The notes under the pieces were generated by a model that did no database searches, was not told the origin of the DNA, and worked only from the letters and a program-made list of their open reading frames with translations. This document shows positions 23,020 through 35,556 of a DNA stretch of 45,258 bases, piece after piece (position 1 is the first letter of the stretch; each line of letters begins with the position of its first letter). Where the stretch lies: assembly GCA_002104905.1 (NCBI GenBank), contig MCFE01000686.1:1-45258 (forward strand), given 5' to 3'. The stretch is from Basidiobolus meristosporus CBS 931.73. Its lineage: Eukaryota > Fungi > Basidiobolomycota. The position numbers and the translations under genes were made by a program.

Positions 23020-26000
23020 TTAAAGAGGTTCTTCTCCTGAAGAGTCCTGTCTATCGGACTTGTAATACCAGTATTTGGTTGGTGGTGTCATTGGGTTTTT
23101 TAGCTGTGCTTCCTTTAGTCGGTCTCTATGCACTAGGTCCTCCTTTACTTTACCTGACATGTCTGCGAGTTGAAATGTATTGAAGGGCATTTCTCTTGTG
23201 ATAATAAAGGGTCCAACCCAATGTGGTTCTAGTTTTAGCCTACTTTCATTTCGGACTAATACAAGTTTTCCCAAAGTTAAGGGTTTTGTTACCACTGTTT
23301 TGTTGTACTGTTCTTTCATCTTCTCTGCTTGTCGTTTTAAATTCTTGATGGCATCATGTCTTGCATGTCCTAATTCTTCCAGTTCCCTTGTTCTGAATTC
23401 TGCCAAGTCTTTTTGGTTCTTTAAGTCCCAGATGTATGGTGGTAAGGTATCACCTGGGATTCTTGGATGTGTACCATACACTAGGTAGAAGGGGGACTTT
23501 TGTGTTGCTGAATGGACTCTAATACGACAGGCAAAGAGTGCTTGATGTACAAATTCATCCCACTTATGTTTGGCTCCTTTGACATAAGTAGTCAGCATCT
23601 TCCCAAAGAGTCCATTGAACCTCTCTGTGACCCCATTTGTTCTAGGGTGGTATGCTGATGTCTTCAAATGTCTAACCCCCATTATCTGAAGGTATTCTTT
23701 CAAGGTTTGTTCCAAAAAGTTTGCTCCTCTGTCGGACAGAATTTCACCTGGGCATCCAAACTGCATAAAGATTTCCAGGTAAAGGAATTTTGCAACATTT
23801 TTTGCAGTAGCTGCTGGCATGGCTTTTGCTATACACCACTTAGTGGTATGGTCAATTGCAGTTATGATCCACTTGTTCCCTCTTGAAGTTTCAGGCAATA
23901 TTCCAATGAAGTCAATTCCCCATCTGTAGAATGCTGGAACTGGAGTCAGTGGTTCTAATGGGGCATGTTCCTTGTTGTATGGTCTAGCCAGCTGGCACTC
24001 AGGGCAGGTCTTGAGGGTCTCAGCTATAAATTGTTTGAGTTTAGGCCACCAGGCTCTCCTTTTAGTTATTTCATAAGTTCCTTGGATGCCCAGATGTCCA
24101 AAGGCTTTATGATTCTTGATTATCATGTCACCTCTGTATACAAATGGAATATATGGTACAGGCCCTATTTCTTCCATGTGTCTGTAAAGTACCTCGTCTT
24201 CACCATATGAGAAATTCTCTGCTTCTTTCTTAATCTTGACCCTTACTTCCTGTGATAAATCTTCTGGCATTGTCTGACTTGCCAAGTACTCTGGCATGTA
24301 TTCTGGCCAGTCCAACTCATGATCTACCATTGATATATGTTGCCTTGAGAGTGCATCAGCAACTGTATTCTTTGGCCCAGGGAGGTAGTGGATTTTAAAA
24401 TCAAATTGTTGTAGTTCTTCAATCCATCTAGTTATTCTTCTGGATAATAGCTTCTGGGTGTGAATGTATCTTAGGGATGCATGATCTGTATATACCACAA
24501 AGTGTTTGCCCTCCAAGTAGCATCTCCACACTCTCAGACAATGTAGTATGGCATAGAGTTCTTTTTCATGGACTGGGTAGTTTTGTTCAGTTACTGATAG
24601 CTTTTTGGACTCATAAGCAACCGGGTGTTCTTTTTGAGTCAGTACCCCTCCAACAGCTAGATCTGAAGCATCAGTGTATACACAGAAAGGTTCTGAGAAA
24701 TCAGGCAACTGAAGCACAGGGGTTTGGCATAGCTTTTCTTTCAGAGTTAGGAAAGCTGTCTCACAGTTTGGGGTCCATATATAGTCTTTCTCTTTTTTGG
24801 TCAAGTCTGTAAGGGGGGCTGCAATAGTTGCAAAGTCCCTGATGAATCTTCTGTAATATGATGCAAGTCCCAGGAAGGATCTCATTTCAGTGAGTGACTT
24901 TGGGGCTTCCCATTTCTGGATAGCATCTATCTTGGCTGGATCCATGTGTAGTCCTTTATCTGAGATTATGTGACCAAGGTATTCAACTGATCTGGTGAGG
25001 AATTCACACTTAGGAAGTTGTGCATATAGCTTGTGCTTTTTTAGTATAGCCAGTACTGTCTTCAAGTGCTTCATGTGGTCATCCATGCTGGTACTATAGA
25101 TCAGAATGTCATCTAAGTAGACCAGGACAAATTTCTCTAAATATGGTTCCAGGATGCTATTCATGAGTGTCTGAAATGTTGCTGGGGCATTAGTCAGGCC
25201 AAAGCTCATCACAACAAACTCATAATGACCATATCTTGTGTTGAATGCTGTCTTAGAGGTGTCTTCAGGCTTAATTCTGATTTGGTGATATCCAGATGCC
25301 AGGTCTATTTTAGAGAATATCTTTGCCTTCCCCAGTTGGTCAAAGAGGGCATCAATTCTTGGTAATGGGTAGGAATTTCTGACAGTGATTGCATTTAGGG
25401 CCCTGTAGTCCACACAGAACCGTAGCTTCCCATCCTTCTTTGGAGCAAAGAGTACTGGAGCTCCCCATGGTGATTTACTGGGTTTTATCCAGCCTTTAGC
25501 CAGGTAGTCCTTCAATGTTTCCTTCAAAGTCTCCATTTCCTTTGGGGAGAACTTATATGGGGCTCTGTTTCTTGGTTTATCATCTGTTACTTCTATGGCA
25601 TGGTCAATCTCTCTGCTTGGGGGTAGTGCAGGGATTTCCTTGGGAAAAACCTCTTGAAACTCTGCTAACAAGGTCTTGAGCCTGTCATTTGTCACTTCTG
25701 TGGTCTCTTGGATTTTGGCAAAGGCTATCATGTGCAACAGTTTGGGATTCTGTCTGATAGAGTGGGCAAACTGTTTCTTTGATATGGTGTGTTCTGGTGC
25801 ATTGCCTTTGTCCAGGGTTGGTTTGGGTGACAGATGATATTTTGCATCATCCTTGTTGATTACAACTTCCTGAGTCTGCCAGTTTATGTCAGGATTGTGC
25901 TTTCTTAGCCAAGTTTGTCCCACATTGATTTCAAAGTTGGCTTGGGGTATGATAATTGGGGAAATGGTGTCTTGGAAGTCCCTGATTTGTAAAGTCAAGG

Positions 26001-27369
26001 GTTCAGTCCTGCTGTTCACTATAATTGATTCCTTGGTGGCACAGAGGATGTGAATTGGGGGGCAAGGGATTGTTTGTAGCTTCATCTGATCAGCTACATC
26101 TTTTGAAATGTAGACATCAGTTGCTCCACTGTCAATGAGTACAGAGACACATTGGTTGTTGTTGAGAATCCCTGGGAGTTTCAGCATCTTTGGGGTAGTA
26201 TATAAGCTCTGAGTCCTCTGATACTCCTTAACAAGGCTGATTGTGTGCTCCTCCTCCTTAGTGGAGAGTTGGAATACTCTTTGTAATGGCCTCTTTGGGC
26301 ATTCATTGACTTTATGACCCTGTTCCTTGCAGTAAAAGCATAGTCCAAGCTTGAAGCATTCCTCTTTAGAAGGTCTTGGTGTGCTCTGCATAACATCTAG
26401 GTCCATAGGCTCCAGTGTGTGGGGGTAGTGTGCACCTTGTTCAGTGATTGGTTGACTACCAATAGGTATGTGGTTATTGGCTTTGAGGCCTGTAGTAGTT
26501 CTTGAGTGACCAATTCTGTGGTTGACAGCCCTTCTGAAGTGTATGGCATCATATCTTTCTGCCAGTTCCATAGCCTCTACTAGGGTTTTGGGGTCTTTGT
26601 ATTCAATTTCCCATCTAGTGTTGGATTTCAGGCCTCTTAGGTATTGCTCAAGTAGTTCAGTATCAGGCATGTTTTGAATTTCCATACTAAGCAAGTTAAA
26701 CTGCTCATTGTACTCTTGAACAGACTTGGCTTGAAAGAGTTTGGACAGTTTTTCTCTTGCCATTCTATCAGCATTGATAGGTGTAAACCTCTTTCTCAAT
26801 GCTTTAACAAAGTCAGCCCAGGAGGCTATGGGTGGAAAGATGCCCCTATTCATTCCTTGAATGTGAAGTTTCCACCACATGGTTGCTTCCTTTCTGAAAA
26901 GTGAACAGGCATAATGTACTTTGACTTCTTCAGAGTCATCTGAGAAGTATAGGTACTGCTCTACTTCAAATATCCAAGTCTCTAGAGTGGCAGTGTGTCT
27001 TTTGCCTTCAAAGATGTTGGGTTTCTGAAGTTTCAGATTTGTTGCTCTATATTGTTTTGTGAAGTCCAGAGAGCCTTGCCCATCTTCTCCAAGATTCAAG
27101 GAATTGGGAGGCACCGCAGGTCTTACAGATGAGGCTTCACCCTCTCTCTGTATACCTTGACCAGTAAACCATGATCTCTGGGTGTTCACAAAATGTAAAG
27201 AGTCCAAGTCTGTCTGCCTACCCATTCTTGGGTCCAGACTAGGGAGGGCCGCAGGCTCAGTTGTGTGGGACTGTCCTTGACCGGCTAACTCAGCAACTTG
27301 TTGTTCAAGACTCTCAATATAGGCCAACATTTCTTCTGAAGAGCTAAATTTTGGCTTTTCTTCACTCAT
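23020..27369 (-). CDS. gag-pol: Gag-Pol polyprotein, 1449 aa (CA, CCHC knuckle, PR, RT, RNase H, IN)
   Basis: [14 protein letters not shown] knuckle; LIDSGA protease; YLDD; DAS/TDH; H-H-C-C; IDF..SDRG..E; WVGPF; PR-RT-RH-IN order is Ty3/gypsy; no chromodomain seen. Confidence 0.98.
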   Translation of the reverse strand: MSEEKPKFSSSEEMLAYIESLEQQVAELAGQGQSHTTEPAALPSLDPRMGRQTDLDSLHFVNTQRSWFTGQGIQREGEASSVRPAVPPNSLNLGEDGQGSLDFTKQYRATNLKLQKPNIFEGKRHTATLETWIFEVEQYLYFSDDSEEVKVHYACSLFRKEATMWWKLHIQGMNRGIFPPIASWADFVKALRKRFTPINADRMAREKLSKLFQAKSVQEYNEQFNLLSMEIQNMPDTELLEQYLRGLKSNTRWEIEYKDPKTLVEAMELAERYDAIHFRRAVNHRIGHSRTTTGLKANNHIPIGSQPITEQGAHYPHTLEPMDLDVMQSTPRPSKEECFKLGLCFYCKEQGHKVNECPKRPLQRVFQLSTKEEEHTISLVKEYQRTQSLYTTPKMLKLPGILNNNQCVSVLIDSGATDVYISKDVADQMKLQTIPCPPIHILCATKESIIVNSRTEPLTLQIRDFQDTISPIIIPQANFEINVGQTWLRKHNPDINWQTQEVVINKDDAKYHLSPKPTLDKGNAPEHTISKKQFAHSIRQNPKLLHMIAFAKIQETTEVTNDRLKTLLAEFQEVFPKEIPALPPSREIDHAIEVTDDKPRNRAPYKFSPKEMETLKETLKDYLAKGWIKPSKSPWGAPVLFAPKKDGKLRFCVDYRALNAITVRNSYPLPRIDALFDQLGKAKIFSKIDLASGYHQIRIKPEDTSKTAFNTRYGHYEFVVMSFGLTNAPATFQTLMNSILEPYLEKFVLVYLDDILIYSTSMDDHMKHLKTVLAILKKHKLYAQLPKCEFLTRSVEYLGHIISDKGLHMDPAKIDAIQKWEAPKSLTEMRSFLGLASYYRRFIRDFATIAAPLTDLTKKEKDYIWTPNCETAFLTLKEKLCQTPVLQLPDFSEPFCVYTDASDLAVGGVLTQKEHPVAYESKKLSVTEQNYPVHEKELYAILHCLRVWRCYLEGKHFVVYTDHASLRYIHTQKLLSRRITRWIEELQQFDFKIHYLPGPKNTVADALSRQHISMVDHELDWPEYMPEYLASQTMPEDLSQEVRVKIKKEAENFSYGEDEVLYRHMEEIGPVPYIPFVYRGDMIIKNHKAFGHLGIQGTYEITKRRAWWPKLKQFIAETLKTCPECQLARPYNKEHAPLEPLTPVPAFYRWGIDFIGILPETSRGNKWIITAIDHTTKWCIAKAMPAATAKNVAKFLYLEIFMQFGCPGEILSDRGANFLEQTLKEYLQIMGVRHLKTSAYHPRTNGVTERFNGLFGKMLTTYVKGAKHKWDEFVHQALFACRIRVHSATQKSPFYLVYGTHPRIPGDTLPPYIWDLKNQKDLAEFRTRELEELGHARHDAIKNLKRQAEKMKEQYNKTVVTKPLTLGKLVLVRNESRLKLEPHWVGPFIITREMPFNTFQLADMSGKVKEDLVHRDRLKEAQLKNPMTPPTKYWYYKSDRQDSSGEEPL

Positions 27370-27539
27370 TTTGTTTTTGGGTATTGTTTGATTTGCGGTA
27401 GGCGGGTGTGTTTACCAAGGGGGCTGGTTCTCTGGCAGAATTGACTGGGTACTGTTTTTTTTCTTTTTTTGAGTGAAACGGAGGGTTTCTCTGGGAGGTT
27501 GGGAGGGTCTCGGGCAGGTACGGAGGGTATCTCTGGACA

Positions 27540-27719
27540 ATTGGAAGAATATCTGGGAGATCGGAAGAGTTTCTGGGAGATCGGAAGAGTTTCTGGGAGA
27601 TCGGAAGAGTTTCTGAGAGATTGGAAAAGTTTCTGGGAGATCGGAAGAGTTTCTGAGAGATTGGAAAAGTTTCTGGGAGATCGGAAGAGTTTCTGAGAGA
27701 TTGGAAAAGTTTCTGGGAG
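27540..27719 (-). repeat. 20-bp tandem repeat x9 in 5' leader of E3
   Basis: Units CTC(C/T)CAGAAACT(C/T)TTCC(G/A)AT on element strand. Confidence 0.95.
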
Positions 27720-27753
27720 GTACGGAGGTTTTTGTTTTTTGGAGATCGGAGGT

Positions 27754-27765
27754 TCGCTGCTACCA
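27754..27765 (-). promoter_or_regulatory. Primer binding site, tRNA-iMet
   Basis: TGGTAGCAGCGA is complementary to the 3' 12 nt (incl. CCA) of array-encoded iMet. Confidence 0.95.
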
Positions 27766-27766
27766 A

Positions 27767-28076
27767 TGTTATGAATCGAGGGCAAGCGGAGGAGGACCGG
27801 AGGATGTCCAATACGAATCAGAGAGGTTATCTGAATAGTTGATGAACCGGTAAAAGGTTGATGCTTTATTGATAGTGTTCAAAGGAGTTTATATAGAGAT
27901 AGCCTCGGAGGGAGAGCTTCCGATAACGTAGGGCAAGCTTCCAAAAGGAGGGTTCAAGATGTATTAAATAACGTGTGTATCACTGAGTGCGATTGATCGT
28001 CTGTGTGGAATTCCAGGTGTTCGATCAGTAGTGTTCAAGTGATCGGTAGTGACTAGTTAGGATTTAAATCATAACA
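27767..28076 (-). repeat. 5' LTR of E3
   Basis: 310 bp, next to PBS; 10 bp from tRNA-Ile +1. Confidence 0.97.
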
Positions 28077-28086
28077 CTTTCAAGTT

Positions 28087-28160
28087 GCTCGCATAGCTCA
28101 GTTGGTTAGAGCGTGGTGCTAATAACGCCAAGGTCGCAGGTTCGACCCCTGCTGTGAGCA
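28087..28160 (+). tRNA. tRNA-Ile(AAT)
   Basis: Same body as array A gene. Confidence 0.97.
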
Positions 28161-28566
28161 TGTCTTTTTAAATGTTAAAGCGGTATGTTCTCATAAGCAA
28201 TTACATACTATTCTTTTATATGGATATATCAACTGCGTGTGCTAATTGCCGATTAACTTTATACTCCTCGCTCAGCCATGAATAAAAATCTGGTAGGAAA
28301 AGAACTATCATCATAGATACCCTTAGGAACCACTATTTGATCGAGTGTTACTTGTCAGCTCCAAGAACACTAGATCTCGTTATATTGTAGTCATCACCAG
28401 TAGATATATTTTTTAATAGGCCAGATAGCTGGTATTATTCATCGTTTTTGTTAAGACTGAGAAGGCATACGAAGATGCAATACTGTCAAGTCAATACCGC
28501 CAAGAGCAGGAGATATAGACATGAAGTGAAGTCTAGCTACATAACGTTCTGATATTCGTCATCTAT

Positions 28567-28638
28567 TCTCGGATAGTATAGTGGTAAGTATCCCCGCCTG
28601 TCACGCGGGAGACCCGGGTTCAATTCCCGGTCCGAGAG
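28567..28638 (+). tRNA. tRNA-Asp(GTC)
   Basis: Differs from array A by compensatory A5:T68 to G5:C68. Confidence 0.97.
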
Positions 28639-28982
28639 CTTTTTTTGGATTTCCTGTTTGCTTTCGAACCAAATTGAGAGTTCTACGAGTAAAGCCAGGC
28701 ATTGATGTGTTTGACATGTTAACTAGCAAGGCGCTCTCAAACCTAAATATCCAAAGTATACACGGTCTTATGGATTATTATTACACACTCGAAGCAATAT
28801 TGTTTTAGAAAGTAGTATTCATTTCTCATAATATTTTGGCCACCAAATAAAATCGCAAATACAATCAAGCCTTATGATACTTTGCAAAACTTATGTATAT
28901 CCATTTATCGTGCCTAAACTGGGTGGCTTAGCATTCTACCAAACAGATATACCATCCTTCTATCTAGTAGGATGCAGAAGAA

Positions 28983-29054
28983 GGGCTCAACTTGGAATTG
29001 AACCCAGGACCTCTCCCACCCTAAGGGAGGATTATACTACTAAACCATTGAGCC
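28983..29054 (-). tRNA. tRNA-Pro(AGG), possibly impaired
   Basis: CTCCC-TT-AGG-GT-GGGAG; G18A in D-loop and G51:A63 T-stem mismatch. Confidence 0.85.
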
Positions 29055-29143
29055 ACATATGCCACTTGGGCTAACGATTGCTTGTTTGGCATTGAAAAGA
29101 GTGGCATTTACAACCTAATCCAATGACGTTACATAATATACAT

Positions 29144-29216
29144 GGGGGTCTAGCTCAGATGGTAGAGCGCTCGCTTAGCATGCGAGAGGCACTGGGATCG
29201 ATACCCAGGTCCTCCA
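29144..29216 (+). tRNA. tRNA-Ala(AGC)
   Basis: Same body as array A. Confidence 0.97.
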
Positions 29217-29291
29217 CTTTTGCCAGGTATACTATATATTTTGCAAAATACAAACATAACAAACGTTAGAACAATAAAACAAATGGTAAAA

Positions 29292-29363
29292 AGGACGCAG
29301 GCGGATTTGAACCACCGACCTATTGATCTGCAGTCAATTGCTCTACCACTGAGCTATACGTCC
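29292..29363 (-). tRNA. tRNA-Cys(GCA)
   Basis: Same body as array A. Confidence 0.97.
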
Positions 29364-29444
29364 GTTAATTGACTAACCTTGATTGTTTGATTGTATATTT
29401 TCAAAATACAATAGGATACCGGTATAAAAATTGCAAAAGATATG

Positions 29445-29517
29445 CACCCAACGTGGGGGTCGAACCCACAACCTTGAGATTAAGAGTCTCACGCTCTACC
29501 GATTGAGCTAGCCGGGC
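29445..29517 (-). tRNA. tRNA-Lys(CTT)
   Basis: Same body as array A. Confidence 0.97.
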
Positions 29518-29692
29518 CACGTGGTTGTTAGGAATTGTTATCACTTAAATTCCAACATGTTAATGCGAATATGCTAAATCTTTGTCGTAGCGTTTAAACC
29601 TCTTACAAAAGTAAATGAAAAACAGTATACTTTGAATCCATCGGAAAAGGTTTCTCTGTATATTTTGCATGAGAATATCAAAAAAAGATATT

Positions 29693-29765
29693 TGCTCCCT
29701 GCCAGGATCGAACTGGCGACCTTCAGATTATGAGACTAACGCGCTGCCAACTGCGCTAAGGAAGC
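29693..29765 (-). tRNA. tRNA-Met(CAT), elongator
   Basis: Same body as array A. Confidence 0.96.
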
Positions 29766-29892
29766 AATTTCTTTGTGGTTGAGGCAATACATATATTAGA
29801 TTAAATATGTTGCGCCAAATAGTCAAGTGTTGTATTCGGCCCTAAAGCCATTGCTCTAAGGCTGTACAAACTCTGAAAATCAAAAGATAACC

Positions 29893-29964
29893 TTCCCCAT
29901 CGGGGAATCGAACCCCGGCCGTCTCGGTGAAAGCGAGAAATCCTAACCACTGGACCAATGAGGA
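29893..29964 (-). tRNA. tRNA-Glu(TTC)
   Basis: Same body as array A. Confidence 0.97.
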
Positions 29965-30102
29965 CTTGTTGGATTAGAAGCGGTATGCACTTCTATAACA
30001 AAAATAGCGGCGTTTTGCTCTGCCAAATAGAATATAGGATATTTCTTGAGCAGACGATTTGATTAACTACGGTCATCATTAGTTCTATGATGGAAAAGTT
30101 TA

Positions 30103-30174
30103 TAGCAGCGAGAGGTTTCGATCCTCCGACCTCGGGGTTATGAGCCCCGCGCGCTTCCTCTGCGCTACGCTGCT
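30103..30174 (-). tRNA. tRNA-iMet(CAT), initiator
   Basis: Same body as array A. Confidence 0.97.
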
Positions 30175-30365
30175 TGAACGTTTAACATGAATGAATTAGA
30201 CATATTATAGTGATTTACTGGCAGCAAAGCTTTGTAAAGCCGATGCCAGTTAACTATAGTCCAGAATAACCATACCAATCCAATAGATTAGATGACATAT
30301 AACACAACGAAAAAGTATTAGAACTGCCTTAACAACACATAAATATTACCAATCAAAGTAAAAAT

Positions 30366-30438
30366 TGCCGTCTCTGCGGATCGAACGCAGGACCTTCAGA
30401 ACTTCAGTCTGACGCTCTCCCAACTGAGCTAAGACGGC
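30366..30438 (-). tRNA. tRNA-Phe(GAA)
   Basis: Same body as array A. Confidence 0.97.
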
Positions 30439-30634
30439 TATACAATTTCCTTAACGAATGGTATCAACATATATGCTACCTTATTGAATCATTCAGTTCC
30501 AAATCCACCTATATATCTGTCACTCATGTATTGTATAAACGGAGTTAATATTAATTTCAAAGATTACTTGAATGTGGCTCATAGTGGTACCCTTTTAGCC
30601 CAGTCATTTGTCAGTAAGGTGTAAGCCTGTTGGC

Positions 30635-30708
30635 GCTCTTGTGGTGTAATTGGCCATCGAGTCGAGCTGTCAGCTGGAAAGTTGATGGCAATCTTTCCAA
30701 TATCCTTA
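30635..30708 (+). pseudogene. Decayed tRNA-Asn relic (also 40752-40825)
   Basis: 38/54 ungapped identity by hand to 3724-3777; B box destroyed; syntenic slot after Phe. Confidence 0.85.
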
Positions 30709-30836
30709 TTCAAGCCAAGGACATAGAGGCTACAACTCAGCAAGTTGTACTCGGGACTTGTGAGAAAAAGAACTGGCGTATGGGATAATGAGCGCCTCAA
30801 AAATATATTTTGTAAATTTAATCATCAATAGTAAAT

Positions 30837-30919
30837 GGAGAGATGGCCGAGTTGGTCTAAGGCGTCACGTTAAGGCCGTGATCTCTTCGGAGGCGTGGGT
30901 TCGAATCCCACTCTCTTCA
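30837..30919 (+). tRNA. tRNA-Leu(AAG)
   Basis: Same body as array A. Confidence 0.96.
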
Positions 30920-31160
30920 TTCCTTTTAATACCCTCACCATTTTCCAATCACACACGATAATACTATAGGAGATGACATTACTCCATTATTTATTATCAG
31001 TTTTTAATTTTTTTAGATACATTACGGTCGTCAGCAACTATGGGGCCGAAAACAAATAGGACGGATAGTTCTATTCAAAAGAAGTGAAACTTGTAAGAAT
31101 CAAACTCTAGGAGTTAAAAAGCTTTATAATGGGTTAAACTGGCTTAGAAAAGGAAAAAAA

Positions 31161-31233
31161 TGCCTTCTGCCGGAATCGAACCAGCGACCTTCTGCTTACT
31201 AGGCAGACGCTCTGCCAACTGAGCCAAGGAGGC
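31161..31233 (-). tRNA. tRNA-Thr(AGT)
   Basis: Two differences from array A incl. C5:A68 acceptor mismatch. Confidence 0.93.
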
Positions 31234-31765
31234 ATATACATGTAGGGTGGCGCTTAGTTAGCATATGTTTAAATGCTCATTCAACACCCCATAGGTTGCT
31301 CCCCTTTGTATAATACAGTATCGCAACTGTGGCCAGTGGAGTTAGAGCACTCTATTCGGGTACTATAGATAGGGGTTCGACTTACGACTGTCACTAGAGC
31401 TGGGGAGTTTGAATGTAGTGTCACTTCTAAACTGGTCATGCAAAATTTTTCGATATTCTGTTATGTTGTTTTTGGGCGCAGTCTGAATAAAATTGTTCTT
31501 GTTTCACTCGCCGACCCTAACCACCGACTCTGGGAGAGTATGGTGAAGGGATGATGAACTTTAGTTTGTAAGAGCCTTGGTATTCTAAGTAAATGAAGAA
31601 TATGGCAACATAGTTATCTCGAAGGACTACCACTTTTACCTTGGCAAGATAACCAGCTCCCACTTGAATCTGAATTTACAGTCTTCGTCTGTTATTAGAA
31701 GGTAAAGATAGAGGTTCTTGCAAGGGAACGAGTGAAGTGTAAAATTCTGTACTCTGGCTGCAAAA

Positions 31766-31836
31766 TGCATACTCGGGGAATCGAACCCCGGTCTACCGCG
31801 TGGCAGGCGGTAATTATACCACTAAACCAAGTATGC
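31766..31836 (-). tRNA. tRNA-Gly(GCC)
   Basis: Same body as array A; LTR 12 bp upstream. Confidence 0.97.
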
Positions 31837-31848
31837 GCTCAGTACTAA

Positions 31849-32158
31849 TGTTATGAATCGAGGGCAAGCGGAGGAGGACCGGAGGATGTCCAATACGAAT
31901 CAGAGAGGTTATCTGAATAGTTGATGAACCGGTAAAAGGTTGATGCTTTATTGATAGTGTTCAAAGGAGTTTATATAGAGATAGCCTCGGAGGGAGAGCT
32001 TCCGATAACGTAGGGCAAGCTTCCAAAAGGAGGGTTCAAGATGTATTAAATAACGTGTGTATCACTGAGTGCGATTGATCGTCTGTGTGGAATTCCAGGT
32101 GTTCGATCAGTAGTGTTCAAGTGATCGGTAGTGACTAGTTAGGATTTAAATCATAACA
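31849..32158 (-). repeat. 3' LTR of E4
   Basis: 310 bp. Confidence 0.97.
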
Positions 32159-32169
32159 TACTCCCACAC

Positions 32170-35100
32170 TTAAAGAGGTTCTTCTCCTGAAGAGTCCTGT
32201 CTATCGGACTTGTAATACCAGTATTTGGTTGGTGGTGTCATTGGGTTTTTTAGCTGTGCTTCCTTTAGTCGGTCTCTATGCACTAGGTCCTCCTTTACTT
32301 TACCTGACATGTCTGCGAGTTGAAATGTATTGAAGGGCATTTCTCTTGTGATAATAAAGGGTCCAACCCAATGTGGTTCTAGTTTTAGCCTACTTTCATT
32401 TCGGACTAATACAAGTTTTCCCAAAGTTAAGGGTTTTGTTACCACTGTTTTGTTGTACTGTTCTTTCATCTTCTCTGCTTGTCGTTTTAAATTCTTGATG
32501 GCATCATGTCTTGCATGTCCTAATTCTTCCAGTTCCCTTGTTCTGAATTCTGCCAAGTCTTTTTGGTTCTTTAAGTCCCAGATGTATGGTGGTAAGGTAT
32601 CACCTGGGATTCTTGGATGTGTACCATACACTAGGTAGAAGGGGGACTTTTGTGTTGCTGAATGGACTCTAATACGACAGGCAAAGAGTGCTTGATGTAC
32701 AAATTCATCCCACTTATGTTTGGCTCCTTTGACATAAGTAGTCAGCATCTTCCCAAAGAGTCCATTGAACCTCTCTGTGACCCCATTTGTTCTAGGGTGG
32801 TATGCTGATGTCTTCAAATGTCTAACCCCCATTATCTGAAGGTATTCTTTCAAGGTTTGTTCCAAAAAGTTTGCTCCTCTGTCAGACAGAATTTCACCTG
32901 GGCATCCAAACTGCATAAAGATTTCCAGGTAAAGGAATTTTGCAACATTTTTTGCAGTAGCTGCTGGCATGGCTTTTGCTATACACCACTTAGTGGTATG
33001 GTCAATTGCAGTTATGATCCACTTGTTCCCTCTTGAAGTTTCAGGCAATATTCCAATGAAGTCAATTCCCCATCTGTAGAATGCTGGAACTGGAGTCAGT
33101 GGTTCTAATGGGGCATGTTCCTTGTTGTATGGTCTAGCCAGCTGGCACTCAGGGCAGGTCTTGAGGGTCTCAGCTATAAATTGTTTGAGTTTAGGCCACC
33201 AGGCTCTCCTTTTAGTTATTTCATAAGTTCCTTGGATGCCCAGATGTCCAAAGGCTTTATGATTCTTGATTATCATGTCACCTCTGTATACAAATGGAAT
33301 ATATGGTACAGGCCCTATTTCTTCCATGTGTCTGTAAAGTACCTCGTCTTCACCATATGAGAAATTCTCTGCTTCTTTCTTAATCTTGACCCTTACTTCC
33401 TGTGATAAATCTTCTGGCATTGTCTGACTTGCCAAGTACTCTGGCATGTATTCTGGCCAGTCCAACTCATGATCTACCATTGATATATGTTGCCTTGAGA
33501 GTGCATCAGCAACTGTATTCTTTGGCCCAGGGAGGTAGTGGATTTTAAAATCAAATTGTTGTAGTTCTTCAATCCATCTAGTTATTCTTCTGGATAATAG
33601 CTTCTGGGTGTGAATGTATCTTAGGGATGCATGATCTGTATATACCACAAAGTGTTTGCCCTCCAAGTAGCATCTCCACACTCTCAGACAATGTAGTATG
33701 GCATAGAGTTCTTTTTCATGGACTGGGTAGTTTTGTTCAGTTACTGATAGCTTTTTGGACTCATAAGCAACCGGGTGTTCTTTTTGAGTCAGTACCCCTC
33801 CAACAGCTAGATCTGAAGCATCAGTGTATACACAGAAAGGTTCTGAGAAATCAGGCAACTGAAGCACAGGGGTTTGGCATAGCTTTTCTTTCAGAGTTAG
33901 GAAAGCTGTCTCACAGTTTGGGGTCCATATATAGTCTTTCTCTTTTTTGGTCAAGTCTGTAAGGGGGGCTGCAATAGTTGCAAAGTCCCTGATGAATCTT
34001 CTGTAATATGATGCAAGTCCCAGGAAGGATCTCATTTCAGTGAGTGACTTTGGGGCTTCCCATTTCTGGATAGCATCTATCTTGGCTGGATCCATGTGTA
34101 GTCCTTTATCTGAGATTATGTGACCAAGGTATTCAACTGATCTGGTGAGGAATTCACACTTAGGAAGTTGTGCATATAGCTTGTGCTTTTTTAGTATAGC
34201 CAGTACTGTCTTCAAGTGCTTCATGTGGTCATCCATGCTGGTACTATAGATCAGAATGTCATCTAAGTAGACCAGGACAAATTTCTCTAAATATGGTTCC
34301 AGGATGCTATTCATGAGTGTCTGAAATGTTGCTGGGGCATTAGTCAGGCCAAAGCTCATCACAACAAACTCATAATGACCATATCTTGTGTTGAATGCTG
34401 TCTTAGAGGTGTCTTCAGGCTTAATTCTGATTTGGTGATATCCAGATGCCAGGTCTATTTTAGAGAATATCTTTGCCTTCCCCAGTTGGTCAAAGAGGGC
34501 ATCAATTCTTGGTAATGGGTAGGAATTTCTGACAGTGATTGCATTTAGGGCCCTGTAGTCCACACAGAACCGTAGCTTCCCATCCTTCTTTGGAGCAAAG
34601 AGTACTGGAGCTCCCCATGGTGATTTACTGGGTTTTATCCAGCCTTTAGCCAGGTAGTCCTTCAATGTTTCCTTCAAAGTCTCCATTTCCTTTGGGGAGA
34701 ACTTATATGGGGCTCTGTTTCTTGGTTTATCATCTGTTACTTCTATGGCATGGTCAATCTCTCTGCTTGGGGGTAGTGCAGGGATTTCCTTGGGAAAAAC
34801 CTCTTGAAACTCTGCTAACAAGGTCTTGAGCCTGTCATTTGTCACTTCTGTGGTCTCTTGGATTTTGGCAAAGGCTATCATGTGCAACAGTTTGGGATTC
34901 TGTCTGATAGAGTGGGCAAACTGTTTCTTTGATATGGTGTGTTCTGGTGCATTGCCTTTGTCCAGGGTTGGTTTGGGTGACAGATGATATTTTGCATCAT
35001 CCTTGTTGATTACAACTTCCTGAGTCTGCCAGTTTATGTCAGGATTGTGCTTTCTTAGCCAAGTTTGTCCCACATTGATTTCAAAGTTGGCTTGGGGTAT

Positions 35101-35556
35101 GATAATTGGGGAAATGGTGTCTTGGAAGTCCCTGATTTGTAAAGTCAAGGGTTCAGTCCTGCTGTTCACTATAATTGATTCCTTGGTGGCACAGAGGATG
35201 TGAATTGGGGGGCAAGGGATTGTTTGTAGCTTCATCTGATCAGCTACATCTTTTGAAATGTAGACATCAGTTGCTCCACTGTCAATGAGTACAGAGACAC
35301 ATTGGTTGTTGTTGAGAATCCCTGGGAGTTTCAGCATCTTTGGGGTAGTATATAAGCTCTGAGTCCTCTGATACTCCTTAACAAGGCTGATTGTGTGCTC
35401 CTCCTCCTTAGTGGAGAGTTGGAATACTCTTTGTAATGGCCTCTTTGGGCATTCATTGACTTTATGACCCTGTTCCTTGCAGTAAAAGCATAGTCCAAGC
35501 TTGAAGCATTCCTCTTTAGAAGGTCTTGGTGTGCTCTGCATAACATCTAGGTCCAT
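32170..35556 (-). CDS. pol: Gag-Pol C-terminal part (NC, PR, RT, RH, IN), separated from gag by a 1-bp deletion
   Basis: Same protein as C-terminal 1128 aa of E3 ORF. Confidence 0.9.
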   Translation of the reverse strand: MDLDVMQSTPRPSKEECFKLGLCFYCKEQGHKVNECPKRPLQRVFQLSTKEEEHTISLVKEYQRTQSLYTTPKMLKLPGILNNNQCVSVLIDSGATDVYISKDVADQMKLQTIPCPPIHILCATKESIIVNSRTEPLTLQIRDFQDTISPIIIPQANFEINVGQTWLRKHNPDINWQTQEVVINKDDAKYHLSPKPTLDKGNAPEHTISKKQFAHSIRQNPKLLHMIAFAKIQETTEVTNDRLKTLLAEFQEVFPKEIPALPPSREIDHAIEVTDDKPRNRAPYKFSPKEMETLKETLKDYLAKGWIKPSKSPWGAPVLFAPKKDGKLRFCVDYRALNAITVRNSYPLPRIDALFDQLGKAKIFSKIDLASGYHQIRIKPEDTSKTAFNTRYGHYEFVVMSFGLTNAPATFQTLMNSILEPYLEKFVLVYLDDILIYSTSMDDHMKHLKTVLAILKKHKLYAQLPKCEFLTRSVEYLGHIISDKGLHMDPAKIDAIQKWEAPKSLTEMRSFLGLASYYRRFIRDFATIAAPLTDLTKKEKDYIWTPNCETAFLTLKEKLCQTPVLQLPDFSEPFCVYTDASDLAVGGVLTQKEHPVAYESKKLSVTEQNYPVHEKELYAILHCLRVWRCYLEGKHFVVYTDHASLRYIHTQKLLSRRITRWIEELQQFDFKIHYLPGPKNTVADALSRQHISMVDHELDWPEYMPEYLASQTMPEDLSQEVRVKIKKEAENFSYGEDEVLYRHMEEIGPVPYIPFVYRGDMIIKNHKAFGHLGIQGTYEITKRRAWWPKLKQFIAETLKTCPECQLARPYNKEHAPLEPLTPVPAFYRWGIDFIGILPETSRGNKWIITAIDHTTKWCIAKAMPAATAKNVAKFLYLEIFMQFGCPGEILSDRGANFLEQTLKEYLQIMGVRHLKTSAYHPRTNGVTERFNGLFGKMLTTYVKGAKHKWDEFVHQALFACRIRVHSATQKSPFYLVYGTHPRIPGDTLPPYIWDLKNQKDLAEFRTRELEELGHARHDAIKNLKRQAEKMKEQYNKTVVTKPLTLGKLVLVRNESRLKLEPHWVGPFIITREMPFNTFQLADMSGKVKEDLVHRDRLKEAQLKNPMTPPTKYWYYKSDRQDSSGEEPL

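Larger units (their letters stand above)
22699..28076 (-). mobile_element. Full-length Ty3/gypsy LTR retrotransposon E3 (5378 bp), apparently intact
   Basis: Identical LTRs 22699-23008 and 27767-28076, PBS, PPT, one open Gag-Pol ORF, TSD CTTT (22695-22698, 28077-28080); empty site GGC-CTTT-CAAGTT visible at ~38191-38203. Confidence 0.99.

Noticed and set aside
27540-27719. 20-bp repeat as a CRISPR array
   Set aside because: Contiguous units without unique spacers, eukaryotic retroelement context, no cas genes
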